A stretch of 63,612 nt of DNA, counting the filler, from Octopus bimaculoides (Eukaryota): assembly GCF_001194135.2 (NCBI RefSeq). It is 9 parts of 5 records of this genome, joined end to end, with 100 filler letters (N's around TTAATTAATTAA, not from the genome) between each part and the next. Parts side by side here need not be neighbours in the genome. Positions count along the whole stretch, not along the records: positions 1 to 5,449 come from NC_068991.1; positions 5,550 to 12,165 come from NC_068981.1; 7 more parts are not named here. One strand, 5' to 3'. The notes beneath the pieces are model-generated. The model did not search any database and was not told the DNA's origin. It worked only from the letters and a program-made list of their open reading frames with translations. A program made the translations under genes and the position numbers. Shown here piece by piece: positions 1 through 10,955 of this stretch. Every line of letters begins with the position of its first letter. Position 1 is the stretch's first letter.

Positions 1-4
1 TTTA

Positions 5-56
<52 letters not shown>
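5..56. repeat. (AC)n microsatellite
   Basis: Direct reading of an AC dinucleotide run. Confidence 0.97.
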
Positions 57-61
<5 letters not shown>

Positions 62-351
62 GAAAAATTAACACACAGGTTTATCGAGTTCTATGTGAAC
101 GGAATGAGTCATCTAAATTTCTAAATTTTTACATACCAGAAGAATATCTTTTTAATGTCCAGTCACCTGAATTTCTCAAGAGTAAATTCTTGTAATGTAA
201 CTCAGGTGATTTATAATATGACTACGTTCTGTATTGCCTTTTATCCTTCCGCGCTGGATAAAATGTAGTCGCGATGAAGCACTGGGCTGCATGGAATCGC
301 CTTACCCCTTCCCCTAAAATTGCTGGCCTTGTGTCAACATTTGAAGCCATT

Positions 352-352
352 C

Positions 353-387
<35 letters not shown>

Positions 388-430
388 CTTCTTCTTCTTC
401 TTCTTCTTCTTCTTCTTCTTCTTCTTCTTC
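352..430. repeat. Compound (GTT)n(CTT)n microsatellite
   Basis: Direct reading; explains the poly-V/poly-L ORF 274..501. Confidence 0.95.
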
Positions 431-543
431 TGAGTTCGAATTCGGCTGAGGTTGACTTTGCTTTTCATCCTTTAAGGGTCGATAAAATAAGTACCAGTTA
501 AAACACGTGGGGTCGATTTAATTGACTCAGCCCCTTTCCCAAA
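431..543 (+). mobile_element. tRNA-derived SINE, family A (5'-truncated)
   Basis: Core GAGTTCGAATTCGGCTGAGGTTGACTTTGCTTTTCATCC...GTCGATAAAATAAGTACCAG recurs more than 10 times in this window; it resembles the Deu/Nin-type SINE central domain (from recall). Confidence 0.85.
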
Positions 544-784
544 CNNNNNNNNNNNNNNNNNNNNNNNNNNNNNNNNNNNNNNNNNNNNNNNNNNNNNNNN
601 NNNNNNNNNNNNNNNNNNNNNNNNNNNNNNNNNNNNNNNNNNNNNNNNNNNNNNNNNNNNNNNNNNNNNNNNNNNNNNNNNNNNNNNNNNNNNNNNNNNN
701 NNNNNNNNNNNTGGACACTAGAGAGGATGTAATCGACTCAACCCCTCCCCAAAACTGCTATAGCAAAATTTGAAATCATCATCA

Positions 785-836
<52 letters not shown>

Positions 837-1393
837 CGAGTGAGAAAGTAGTACATGCCATCAAAGTGACACCGGGGTAAAATATACGAAGCCCAGTATA
901 CCCATCATGGCTACCCTTCTGTTAAATGTACACTATGCACATGCCTCACAACCATATGCGCGCGACATGGTGATCTCATATCAAGGTAAACAACGCATGA
1001 CCTTGCAGGTGGAGGGCCCAGTTAGAATTTTCTTCAGTTCGAGTGACCCATCCCGCACAAAAGGTTCCTGAATAAGGCTTGTTTAAGGTTGTTGAACGAA
1101 ACACCCATGTTTCCAAAGGTGAATTATCTAAACTCCAAAGAATTCCTCTCAACACATGGCTATAATACTCCTCCACTACTTCTGCTCATGATCAGAGATG
1201 CACATATCGTCAGCCACCAAGGGACATGCTCCACTGGTTAAGGTCAAACAACTGACAAGCAAATCTGTGGTATTGAGCACAATATTTGCTGTAGTCCATA
1301 TTTTATACCAAGACAAAACAATGTACATGATAACACTTCCAATCAATTAAGATCAGAATCCATGAGAGCCAGTGTCTGGTACTGCATCAAGGC

Positions 1394-1397
<4 letters not shown>
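837..1397 (-). mobile_element. ~560-bp interspersed repeat embedded in an (ATT)n/(AAT)n tract
   Basis: Non-simple sequence flanked on both sides by (ATT)n (about 787-836 and 1398-1437); no long ORF; recalled as a frequent octopus repeat. Strand inferred from an (AAT)n tail. Confidence 0.6.
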
Positions 1398-1438
<41 letters not shown>

Positions 1439-2036
1439 GTCTGTAAGCTGGCAAAATACTTATCGGTTCGAATAAAATATTGTGACTGAAACTAGTTAGA
1501 GAAGGAAAGAGTTAGGAAAATATATGTATGGAATGTAAAAATTGAGAAAGAAAATAAATAGAAATATATAATATATAAATATAAAAGTTCAAGTAGCGGT
1601 TATTTTTGGCGGTTTAACGGTGCAGGTTTCATGTGAACTCGTATGAAAACTTGAAAATATTTCATGAATCTTTTCTGTGTCATGGCGTTACTGGTATAGA
1701 ACTGACCTATTTTATAAACATACATCCAGAACTAGTCAGCCTGATGGAGATGTTCCTTGTTCAGTATAAATACGTTTTCCAACAGACCAGACAGCGACAG
1801 ATATTTAGGCAAACGGGGGTGGGGGTACAGTCACATTTTTGGAGGAGATATATTTACATTTTTATAAATGAGTTAATCTTATACACGTGGTGTACCCCCA
1901 GAGGTCAACTACCAAAAAGAAAACAATCCCTTTTAGATTAAATTAAGGCGGGCTTGGGAGTTTGAATTTTAAACCAAAGCATAAAGAAGGAATACAAAAT
2001 ATACCTATTTATTATCTTTTTTTTTAGGGCTAAGGA

Positions 2037-2440
2037 CCCGTGCTAGCAGACTCGTTAGCACGCCGAGTAAAATGCTAAGCAGCATTTCGTTCGTCTTTAC
2101 GTTCTGAGTTCAAGTTCTGCCGAAGTTGACTTTGTCTTTCATTCTTGATAAAATAAGTACCAGTTGAACACTTGGTCGATGTAATCGTCTGTTCCCTTCC
2201 CTCAACATTTCAGGCCTTGTGCCTTTAGTAGGTATGATTATTACAAAGGCGGCGAGCTGGCAGAATGGTTAGCAGTGGTATTTCGTCCGTGTTTATGTTC
2301 TGAGTTCGAATTAAACCGAGGTCGACTTTGTCTTTTATCCTTTCGGGGTCGATGAAATAATTACGAATTGAGCACTGGGGTTGATGTAATCAACTAGCCT
2401 CCTCCTCCACAATAGCCGGCCTTGTGCTAAAATTTTAAAC
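2037..2440 (+). mobile_element. Two tandem family-A SINE copies
   Basis: Heads GCTAGCAGACTCGTTAGCAC / GGCGGCGAGCTGGCAGAATGGTTAGC, B-box-like GAGTTCAA/GAGTTCGAA, family-A core and GGCCTTGTG tail. Confidence 0.85.
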
Positions 2441-2544
2441 TAATGTTTCTTTACCCATAATTTCAGAGAAGGCATAGAATCCATAGTTTTAGACAGAGAA
2501 GAATATATGTATTTTTTAAAAGGAGGGGTTGATTAGGAGAAGGA

Positions 2545-2640
2545 CCATGGCCTACTGGTTAGAGTGTTGCACTCGATTTTTGAGCAAAGCACTTCAATTA
2601 ACGTCGCCCCAGTCCATTAAGCTGTAAATGGGTAATCCTG
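2545..2640 (+). mobile_element. Degenerate CORE-type SINE fragment
   Basis: A-box-like TGGCCTACTGGTTAG followed by GAGCAAAGCACTT...CCCCAGTCCATTAAGCTGTAAATGGG (CORE-like domain). Confidence 0.55.
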
Positions 2641-2771
2641 CAACACCACTAGCATCCCACTCGGGAGCAATGTTGCGATATCGGTCACTTATACGTCATG
2701 AAAAACCGGGGTACAAGTCTAATGAATCCTAGGACTCGAGACCGCAATGTTCAGAGCAGTGGAGAGATGTA

Positions 2772-3035
2772 CTTTGAACTCAGAACGTAGCGACGGGTGA
2801 AATACCTATTTCTTTATTGCCCACAAGGGGCTAAACATAGAGGGAACAAACAAGAACAGACGAACGGATTAAGTCGATTACATCGACCCCAGTGCATAAC
2901 TGGTACTTAATTTATCGACACCGAAAGGATGAAAGGCAAAGTCGACCTCGGCGGAATTTGAACTCAGAACGTAACGGCAGACGAAATACCGCGAAGCATT
3001 TCCTCCAGCGTGCTAACGATTCTGCCAATTCGCCG
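2772..3035 (-). mobile_element. Family-A SINE, dimer-type variant
   Basis: Reverse complement of head and core, alternative tail (CCCCTTGTGGGCAATAAAGAAATA), then the start of a second unit. Confidence 0.85.
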
Positions 3036-3544
3036 TAATTTTAGAGAAGGCGTTGAATCCATATCTTTGTAAATACAATTTTTAATAAAGTTCAATTATA
3101 GAAATTTAATATGATTTTTTTAAACATCGACTGGTTATGGGTGTCCACCCGTATAAAATAGGTACCAAAATGGTCCATAGGTAAATACTGGTTCAGTGGG
3201 GTTGATGATGATGTACATAAAAAAGGATATTTAGACAAATGAAACATCGTATCTTCCAGTGCCAGCATTCTATTGTAAAGAAAAACTACAGAGATAAACA
3301 TAAAAGCGAGGATATCGCACTGCTAACACAAGTTAAAACAACAAAATATTGTCTTGTAAACTTGTAATAAACTCGGTAGCTTATTATGGTTGCAAGACAA
3401 AATACTGTATACTTAACAGCAATTAATTAGAAAAATAAATATAGACGTAGACGCGTTTTTAGAGATTTCTTGAGAAAACGTATTTATACGTGTGTGTGTT
3501 TATGTATGAAACATAAATATATGTTGTATATGATGCATATTCTT

Positions 3545-3750
3545 TTATTCTTTTATTCTCTTACTTGTTTCAGTCATTTGATTGTAGCCATACTGGAGCA
3601 CCGCCTTAAAGGGTGTTAGTCGAAGAAATCGACGCCAGGACTTATTCTTGCTAAGCCTAGTACTTATTCTATCTGTCGCTTTTGCTGAACCAGCACCGGT
3701 TGTCAAGCGATGGCGGGGGTACAAATACAAACGAACACATTCAAATATAT
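3545..3750 (-). mobile_element. SINE family C/D, 3' half
   Basis: Reverse complement of GAATAAGTACTAGGC...GGCGGTGCTCCAG...CAAATGACTGAAACAAGTAAGAGAATAAAAGAAT; matching copies at about 10305, 29670, 32300, 32770, 47745 and 61660. Confidence 0.8.
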
Positions 3751-3764
3751 ATACATACATACGT

Positions 3765-4050
3765 ATCAGAGCACGTCCCGTCGACCGTGCATCTGCTCTC
3801 TCCCTCGCACCCGCCATTTTTCGTCGCCAGTAACGATTCGGTAAAGAAATCGTTGCTTGTGTCCATGAGTTGAGTGGTGACGAGCAAGCAAACCAGCGGA
3901 GATTGTGGCTCGTTGATTTTTGTTGTTGTCAGTTAAAGCATGCGGAACCAATGCTCCATACTTCTGAACCTTTCCCATCGAGTGAAGATCCTTCTCTATA
4001 GCAAAATTAAAAAAAAAAAACGGTGGGAACTTAGTTGCCAACCCAATATA
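3765..4050 (-). mobile_element. Internally deleted mariner transposon relic
   Basis: Minus-strand peptide GKVQKYGALVPHALT...RFLYRIVTGDEKW matches the mariner WVPHEL and TGDEKW motifs; TIR-like TATTGGGTTGGCAACTAAGTTCCCACCG at 4021-4048 is fused directly to it. Confidence 0.85.
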
Positions 4051-4295
4051 TACCCATATATACATACACATGTATTTCAATATTTCCGTGCACAGATACA
4101 GACACACAGAGACATGGAAACACACACATATATAATGTATGAATGAGTTGGTTACTATTTTAGTAGCTTTGCGGTTTTTGTAAATCTATTCAACACCCAA
4201 ATAATTGCAACGCCTTTAAGTTGCACCCAATCCACGCACATCGAAACTGAAAGTCACACGCCAGCCAACTATACACAACGTGTTATTACCGTTGT

Positions 4296-4442
4296 CTATG
4301 TATGTATGTATGTATGTATGTATGTATGTGTCTGTCTGTCTGACTGTCTGTCTGTCCGTCCGTCTGACTGTTTATCTGCCTGTCTGTTTATTAGTTTGTC
4401 AGTCAGCGTGTCGGTCTGTCTGTTTGTCTGTCTGTCAGTCTG

Positions 4443-4512
<70 letters not shown>

Positions 4513-4596
4513 CAATTAGCTATATATCTACGTTTCAAGAAATCTATTTATACATACATACATACACCCACACACATAACAGACATACTAACACAC

Positions 4597-4640
<44 letters not shown>

Positions 4641-4800
4641 NNNNNNNNNNNNNNNNNNNNNNNNNNNNNNNNNNNNNNNNNNNNNNNNNNNNNNNNNNNN
4701 NNNNNNNNNNNNNNNNNNNNNNNNNNNNNNNNNNNNNNNNGTGTGTGTGTATACACATACATTATGTGTTTAAATGTGTGTGTATATGTATATATATATA
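4296..4800. repeat. Compound microsatellite (TATG)n-(TCTG)n-(TCTA)n-(CT)n-(GT)n with gap
   Basis: Direct reading. Confidence 0.95.
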
Positions 4801-5039
4801 TGAAACTTACACACGCAAACACACGCACACATACAAACGTTAATGCTTGTAAATATAGATACCTACTGTTGAATCTCAAAAACAATTACTAAAGCCACAT
4901 AAAAAAAAACAAAAATGCCACATAAAACTAACGAGTCAAACATTTTGAAACCTGTCCTTATGGGGTCTCTTCCATTCCCTAGGAATAGCAGCCGCATCTC
5001 TCCCAAATCTTGCTCTATTTTGTTAATGTGCCCTCAGGT

Positions 5040-5420
5040 TATGTTGTCGTTGGCACTCCGTCGCTTACGACGTCGAGGGTTCCAGTTGATCCGATCAACG
5101 GAACAGCCTGCTCGTGAAATTAACGTGCAAGTGGCTCAGCACTCCACAGACACGTGTACCCTTAACGTAGTTCTCGTGGATATTCAGCGTGACAAGGCTG
5201 ACCCTTTGAATTACAGGCACAACAGAAACAGAAAGAAAGAGTGAGAGAAAGTTGTGGTGAAAGAGTACAGCAGGGTTCGCCACCATCTCCCGCTGGAGCC
5301 ACGTGGAGCTGTAGGTGTTTTCGCTCAATAAACACTCACAACGCCCAGTCGGGGAATCGAAACCGCAATCCTATGACCGCGAGTCAGCCGCCCTAACCAT
5401 TGGGCCATTGCGCCTCCACT
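5040..5420 (-). mobile_element. Near full-length tRNA-derived SINE, family B
   Basis: Minus-strand head GGAGGCGCAATGGCCCAATGGTTAGGGCGG...GGTTTCGATTCCCCG (A and B boxes); tail GTGCTGAGCCACTTGCACGTTAATTTCACGAGCAGG...GTGCCAACGAC; near-identical copy at 21900-22300. Confidence 0.88.
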
Positions 5421-5549
5421 CCTCGGGTTATAGTAAACATGAGAATGTANNNNNNNNNNNNNNNNNNNNNNNNNNNNNNNNNNNNNNNNNNNNTTAATTA
5501 ATTAANNNNNNNNNNNNNNNNNNNNNNNNNNNNNNNNNNNNNNNNNNNN

Positions 5550-5853
5550 ACCGCCTGACTGGCTCCTGTAGGATTTTCGAGCGAGATCGTTGCCAGTGCC
5601 CCTGGACTGGCTTGTGCGGGTGGCACATAAAAGACACTATTTCGAGCGTGGCCGTTTTCGTGCGGGTGACACGTAAAAGCACCCACTACACTCTCTGAGT
5701 GGTTGGCGTTAGGAAGGGCATCCAGCTGTAGAAACTCTGCCAAATCAGACTGGAGCCTGGTGTTGCCATCCGGTTTCACCAGTCCTCAGTCAAATCGTCC
5801 AACCCATGCTAGCATGGAAAGCGGACGTTAAACGATGATGATGATGATGATGA
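5550..5853 (+). mobile_element. 3' UTR of RTE-type LINE ending in (GAT)n
   Basis: Shares GGAAGGGCATCCAGCTGTAGAAAC...CCAACCCATGCTAGCATGGAAA...(GAT)n with the LINE tail at 8820-8998. Confidence 0.85.
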
Positions 5854-6199
5854 ATTAGAATTTCTTTAAAGTGCAAAAATATTTTGAGTTATTTTTTATT
5901 TTTAACAAGTAATAACAAATAAAAGTAATAACTTGTAATAAAATATTTAGTTTTAATAAAAGCTAATATTTTCTAAATCTAAATACTTTATTTGAAATTT
6001 TATCCTTAACTGCAATATTTTAAGTAAAAATGTTCTTGTTCTGTACTTTATCACATGTAATAACTTGTCTAGAACTTTTCCAAGTGTAATAACTTGTCCT
6101 ATACTTTTCCAGTTTTATAATCTTAAGAATATTTTTTCTCTTGCTTGCATTTTTCCATGTAATACATACATATGTGTGTGTGTGTGCATTTGTATGGAA

Positions 6200-6318
6200 A
6201 CAGGTGTGGGTTGGTGACAGGAATGATGTTGGCTGTAGAAAATTCACCTTAACAAATTTCTTCTGACCTATGCAAGCATGGAAAAGTGGACATTAAGGCG
6301 ATGATCATGATGATGATA
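6200..6318 (+). mobile_element. Short degenerate RTE-tail-related repeat
   Basis: GGCTGTAGAAA...ATGCAAGCATGGAAAAGTGGACATTAA...(GAT)n. Confidence 0.6.
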
Positions 6319-6902
6319 TATGTAATTGATTTATATAATGCAGTTTAGATCCTTGAGTGATGCCATTTTAACTTCAGTAAAAGCAGAAAAATTTTAAAGA
6401 GTTGGCATGAAACTATTGGTAACATTCTGATCAGTTAAATGCCATAACCAGTAATATACTGCTTAATGTTATAAAAATATAACCATTCAATTTCTGTTTG
6501 AGAGTGTGTTTTTTTTTTGTCTGACTTATGGACAGCTAACTGATAATTAATGTGCTCCCTTTGTCTCAGGGTGTATTAAAATAGGCCACCATGTGGTTTC
6601 TGTTTTATAGCTGCTTCTCCAGCCGGGTGCTTTATGTAGTCATGAAAAGAGTTGTATTATATTTTTCTTAGGTCAATATTGCCAAGTGGAATTGTCAGTA
6701 TGAAACCATCAGAAACATTCTGACTAGTTATGGTCCCTAATCAGGAATATACTGCCCAGCATAATGAAAATATAACCACTTATAAATTTTCTGTAGCCAA
6801 CTTGTATGGTGAAGGTTTATAATTTTATTCACAAAAGAACCATTTAATTTCTCTTTTTAGAGTGTGCATTTTTTTTTTTATTTATGGATAACTAACTGAC
6901 AA

Positions 6903-7075
6903 GATGTGGCTGTGTAGTAAGAAGCTTGCTTCCCAACCACGTTACCCAGATTTAGTCCCACTGTGTAATGCCTTGGGCAAGTGTCTTCTACTATAGCCTT
7001 GGGCTGACCAAAGTCTTGTGAGTTGGATTTGGTTGATGGAATCTGAAAGAAGCTTATCTCACACACACACACACA
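6903..7075 (+). mobile_element. SINE family C/D, 5' half
   Basis: GTGGCTGTGTAGTAAGAAGCTTGCTTCCCAACCAC head followed by (AC)n; homologous to 29420, 39250 and 43676. Confidence 0.8.
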
Positions 7076-7086
7076 TATAGCTCAAC

Positions 7087-8998
7087 TAATTAGGGAGAGA
7101 GTCTGCTTAGAAGAGATGCAATTTGGTTTTGAGCCAGGTAGAAGCACCACTGATTCTTGGTGCGACAACTGAGGAGAAATACCTAGCCAAAGATAAACCC
7201 CTATACTTGGCTTTTGTTGACTTGGAGAAAGCCTTTGACATGTCCCCTGATCCCTTATCTGGTGGGCGATGCGGAAACTGGGGATTGACGAGTGGTTAAT
7301 AAGAGCTGTACAGGGATGCTGTTAGTAAGGTGATAGTCGGCAATGAGTATAGTGAACAATTCCTGGTACAAGTAGGGGTTCACCAAAGATAAGCCCTCAG
7401 CCCCCTCTTATTTATCATAGTCCTCCAGACAATAACAGAGGAATTCAAGACAGGTTGCCCCTGGGAGCTTCTCTATGCTGATGATCTTGCTCTCATAGCA
7501 GAATCACTACCAGAACTAGAGGAGAAATTTCAGGTGTGGAAGCAAGGTTTCGATCGAAGGGCCTTAGAGTTAACCTAACAAAAACCAAAGTCCTAGTAAG
7601 TTGGAAGGCGAACACATCACAAACCCCTTCAGGTAGATTGCCCTGCTCGATCTGTAGAAAAGGTGTAGGTAGAAACTTCATAAGATGTACCCAGTGTAAG
7701 CTTTGAACACATAAGAGGTGCAGCAACATCAAAGGAAGGTTAACTGGGAAGATAACTTTTGTGTGCAGCAGATGCACAGGGGCAATAAACACTGCAGATG
7801 CTCAGAAAACTGATTCCATCACATGCCAGGGGGAGAAACTAGAAGTAGTTGATAGCTTACGCTACCTAGATGAACAAGTCTGTAGCGGGGATGGATGCTC
7901 AGAGAGTGTTGCCACAAGAATAAGAATAGCCTGGGCAAAGTTCAGAAAGCTCCTACCTCTATTGGTGACAAAGGGCCTCTTACTCAGAGTGAAAGGTAGG
8001 TTGTATGATGCATGTGTGCAAACTGCCATGCTACACGGCAGTGAAACATGGGCCATGATTGCTGAAGATATGTTTAGGCTTGAAAGAAATAAAGCTAGTA
8101 TGATCCACTGGATGTGTAAAGTCAGTGTGCACACATGACAGAGTGTAAGTGCCCTGAGAGAAATGTTGGACATAAGAAGCATTGGATGTGGTGTGCAAGA
8201 GAGACAACTGCTCTGGTATGGTCATGTGCTGCGTATGGATGAGTAGAGCTGTGTGAAGAAGTGTCACTCCTTAACAGTGGAAGGAACCCATGGAAGAGGG
8301 AGACCCAGCAAGACATGGAATGAGGTGGTGAAGCATGACCTTCAAACATTGGGCCTCACAGAGGCAATGACAAAAGACCGAGACCTCTGGAGATATGCTA
8401 TGATTGAGAAGACCCGGCAAGTAAAGTGAGGTCACAGCTGTAGCCTACACCAGTGTCGCATAACCAGCCCACTTCAAAAGTACCTTTGAATCGTCAGGTG
8501 ATATGCTGTGCTTGAGGAGACCTATTGAGTCAAAATCAAATCAAATCAAATCAAACCACCATCAAATGGAAATTGTACTTGTGGCCAATGCCAGTGCCAC
8601 CTGACTGACTCCCGTGCTGGTGGCATGCAATAAGCACCATTCATGCATGGGTTGTTGCCAGTGCTGCCTGACTGGCTCCCCATGCCGGTGTCACATAATA
8701 AGTACTATCCAAATGTGGTCAATGCCAGCACCCCTACTCCGACTGGCTCCTGTACGGGTAGCACGTAAAAAGCACCATCCAAACGTGGCCAATGCCAGTG
8801 CCACCTAACTGGTGGCACATAAAAAGCATCCACTACACTCTCAGAGTGGTTAGCAGTAGGAAGGGCATCCAGCTGTAGAAACATTACCAGATCAGACTGC
8901 AGCCTGGTGCGGCCTCCTGGCTTGCCAGTCCCCAGTCAAACTGTCCAACCCATGCCAGCATGGAAAACAGACGTTAAACAATTATGATGATGATGATA
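7087..8998 (+). mobile_element. 5'-truncated, inactivated RTE-clade LINE (RT, C-terminus, 3' UTR)
   Basis: RT motifs MQFGFEPGRSTTD, LYLAFVDLEKAFD, YADD (7474-7485), RYL; then RIRIAWAKFRKLLPLL and MLHGSETW; several stops and frameshifts; (GAT)n tail. Confidence 0.93.
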
Positions 8999-9219
8999 TA
9001 AGGCGATGCTGAAAAGTTCCTGGCTTTAAGGGTGTCTCAAGAGGCCTGGTTGGAGGTCCAACCTTCTGAGTTCTTTTATATGGCTTAGAAAAAAAATGAA
9101 GGACCGCTGCTATAAGTATGTGAATCTGAGAGGGGAATATGTTCAATAAAATCATAATTAAGTGATCCTTCCATATTTTCTTTTACCCAAAGCCAGGAAC
9201 TTTTCAGCACCCCCTCGTA
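8998..9219. mobile_element. Mariner-derived MITE (~220 bp)
   Basis: Terminal inverted repeats GCTGAAAAGTTCCTGGCTTT / AAAGCCAGGAACTTTTCAGC...CCTCGTA; interior resembles a transposase 3' end (VNLRGEYVQ*). Confidence 0.85.
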
Positions 9220-9289
9220 TATCAGGGAGACTTAGAAACCAGGGCTTGCAACCCATGATGCAGGCCAATCATCAAGGTAGAGAATGAGG

Positions 9290-10030
9290 CAGGAGGGGAG
9301 TGAGAACTGAACCCTGATGGAGACTTATTTGTATGCTAAATTCATCACTGTACTCATTGGTTAACTCTCACCTTACTAACAGAACCTCTGTACACTCATC
9401 TACCCCTAGACCACCATATCCACCACCATGTCACTCTCCATCTGACAGTAATTTTGACTGAACCATAGATTTAGTCAGTAACTTTTATAAAGTTGTACCT
9501 TAAGAACTTCCAGTTACCTCTACGTTATATGCCAAAACCACCTCTCTCTTTGTCATCAAATGCTTTAATCAGAATGTCTCTAAATCAATGACTGTTTCCA
9601 TAATTTCCTTTTCCAAACTGGTTTGCATTTCTATATCCATCAAGCCCTTAGTTTGAAGTTGCTAGCCTCTAACTTATGTTGACTTGTACATCCCTCATTG
9701 GGAAAGGACTTTACATTTACAAGCATCTGTCTATCCCCGATTCTGGTGAGAATATAGTCAATCTGGCTTGAGTGCTCACCAGACTGATAAGGGATTAGAT
9801 GGGTGGCTGGTTTCCTGAAGTTAGTGCTGCAGACCAGCAAGTCATTTGCATTACAAAACGGTAGAAGTCTTATTTTTTCCTCATTTCTAGTGCCAATGCT
9901 GAAACCTCCATGAACACCATAAAATCCATTTGAGTGTCGCCCAACATATCATTGAAGTCACCAGCTATGATGATAAGGTCATTGTCCTGTATTGTCTAGG
10001 TGGTCTGCAGAAGAGACTCATAGAAACAGT
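9290..10030 (-). mobile_element. Degenerate RTE LINE fragment (APE endonuclease end, linker, RT piece; internally deleted)
   Basis: Minus-strand NFRKPATHLIPYQSGEHSSQIDYIL...SQHKL (APE C-terminus); near 9300-9390 an ISLHQGSVLTPL-like RT motif homologous to 7310-7410. Confidence 0.8.
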
Positions 10031-10197
10031 CCTTCTGTTCATCAGGTTTTTCCCTATTTCAGTTGAATGCATTCACACAAGGCTTTAGTCAACTCAAGGC
10101 TATACTAAAAGACATTTGTCCAAGGTGCCCAAGTAGTGGATTGAACCGAAGACCACATAGTTAGGAAGCAAGAAAGTTTCTTACCCATGCAGCCACT

Positions 10198-10232
<35 letters not shown>

Positions 10233-10796
10233 ATATATATATATATATGTATATATACATACACACACACACACATATATGCATACATATACATCTCTCT
10301 CTCTCCTGGGGTTGATTTGTTCGACTAAAGGCGGTGTTCCAGCATGGCCACAGTCAAATGACTGAAATGAATAAAAGAAAAACAAGAATACACTCACACA
10401 CATATATATATGTATACATATACGCACTTATATAAAAAAAATTATACACACACACACACACATATGTACATGTGCACATACATACACACATATATGTATA
10501 TACACATGCACATATATCACACATATATATTTACACATGCACATATATAAAAAAAATTTGTATTGAGCATTTTTGCATTGTGCATCAATAATGTTTTTAT
10601 AAAAAAGAGTAATACACTGTTGAAACAAATTTAAATATGGTAAATTAAAAATATAGATAAAAAGTGAAGATTCATTGAAACTAATAAAAATGCATAGTGT
10701 TCAGAAAGTGTAAACAAAACGTCTAACAGAAACTGAGTTAAATAACAAAGCGTTTATATTATACTTTCTTTAAAAAAAAAATTGTAAAAAATTAAC

Positions 10797-10803
10797 AAAA
10801 AAA
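10797..10803 (-). terminator. Pol III oligo(T) terminator of tRNA-Leu
   Basis: T7 run 4 nt downstream of the discriminator base on the minus strand. Confidence 0.88.
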
Positions 10804-10807
10804 TGCT

Positions 10808-10920
10808 TGTCAGAAGTGGGATTCGAACCCACGCCCACATTCGTGGACCAGAATACTCATTGTTCTGGTTAAGGATATTATCCTTGAGTCTGGCGCCTTA
10901 GACCACTCGGCCATCCTGAC
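10808..10920 (-). tRNA. tRNA-Leu-CAA: tRNA-Leu(CAA) with a 29-nt intron (10854-10882)
   Basis: Exon 1 GTCAGGATGGCCGAGTGGTCTAAGGCGCCAGACTCAAG, exon 2 TTCTGGTCCACGAATGTGGGCGTGGGTTCGAATCCCACTTCTGACA. Full cloverleaf with long variable arm, perfect A/B boxes, intron after position 37; very close to metazoan tRNA-Leu(CAA). Confidence 0.97.
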
Positions 10921-10946
10921 AGCTGCTTTTGCGGATCGCAAAATTC

Positions 10947-10955
10947 TTATAAATA
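10947..10955 (-). promoter_or_regulatory. TATA-like element upstream of tRNA-Leu
   Basis: TATTTATAA at about -27 to -35 relative to the mature 5' end. Confidence 0.5.

Noticed and set aside
3220-3275. Possible minus-strand terminal exon NAGTGRYDVSFV*
   Set aside because: It is only 12 codons, has no partner exon and lies next to a dispersed repeat.
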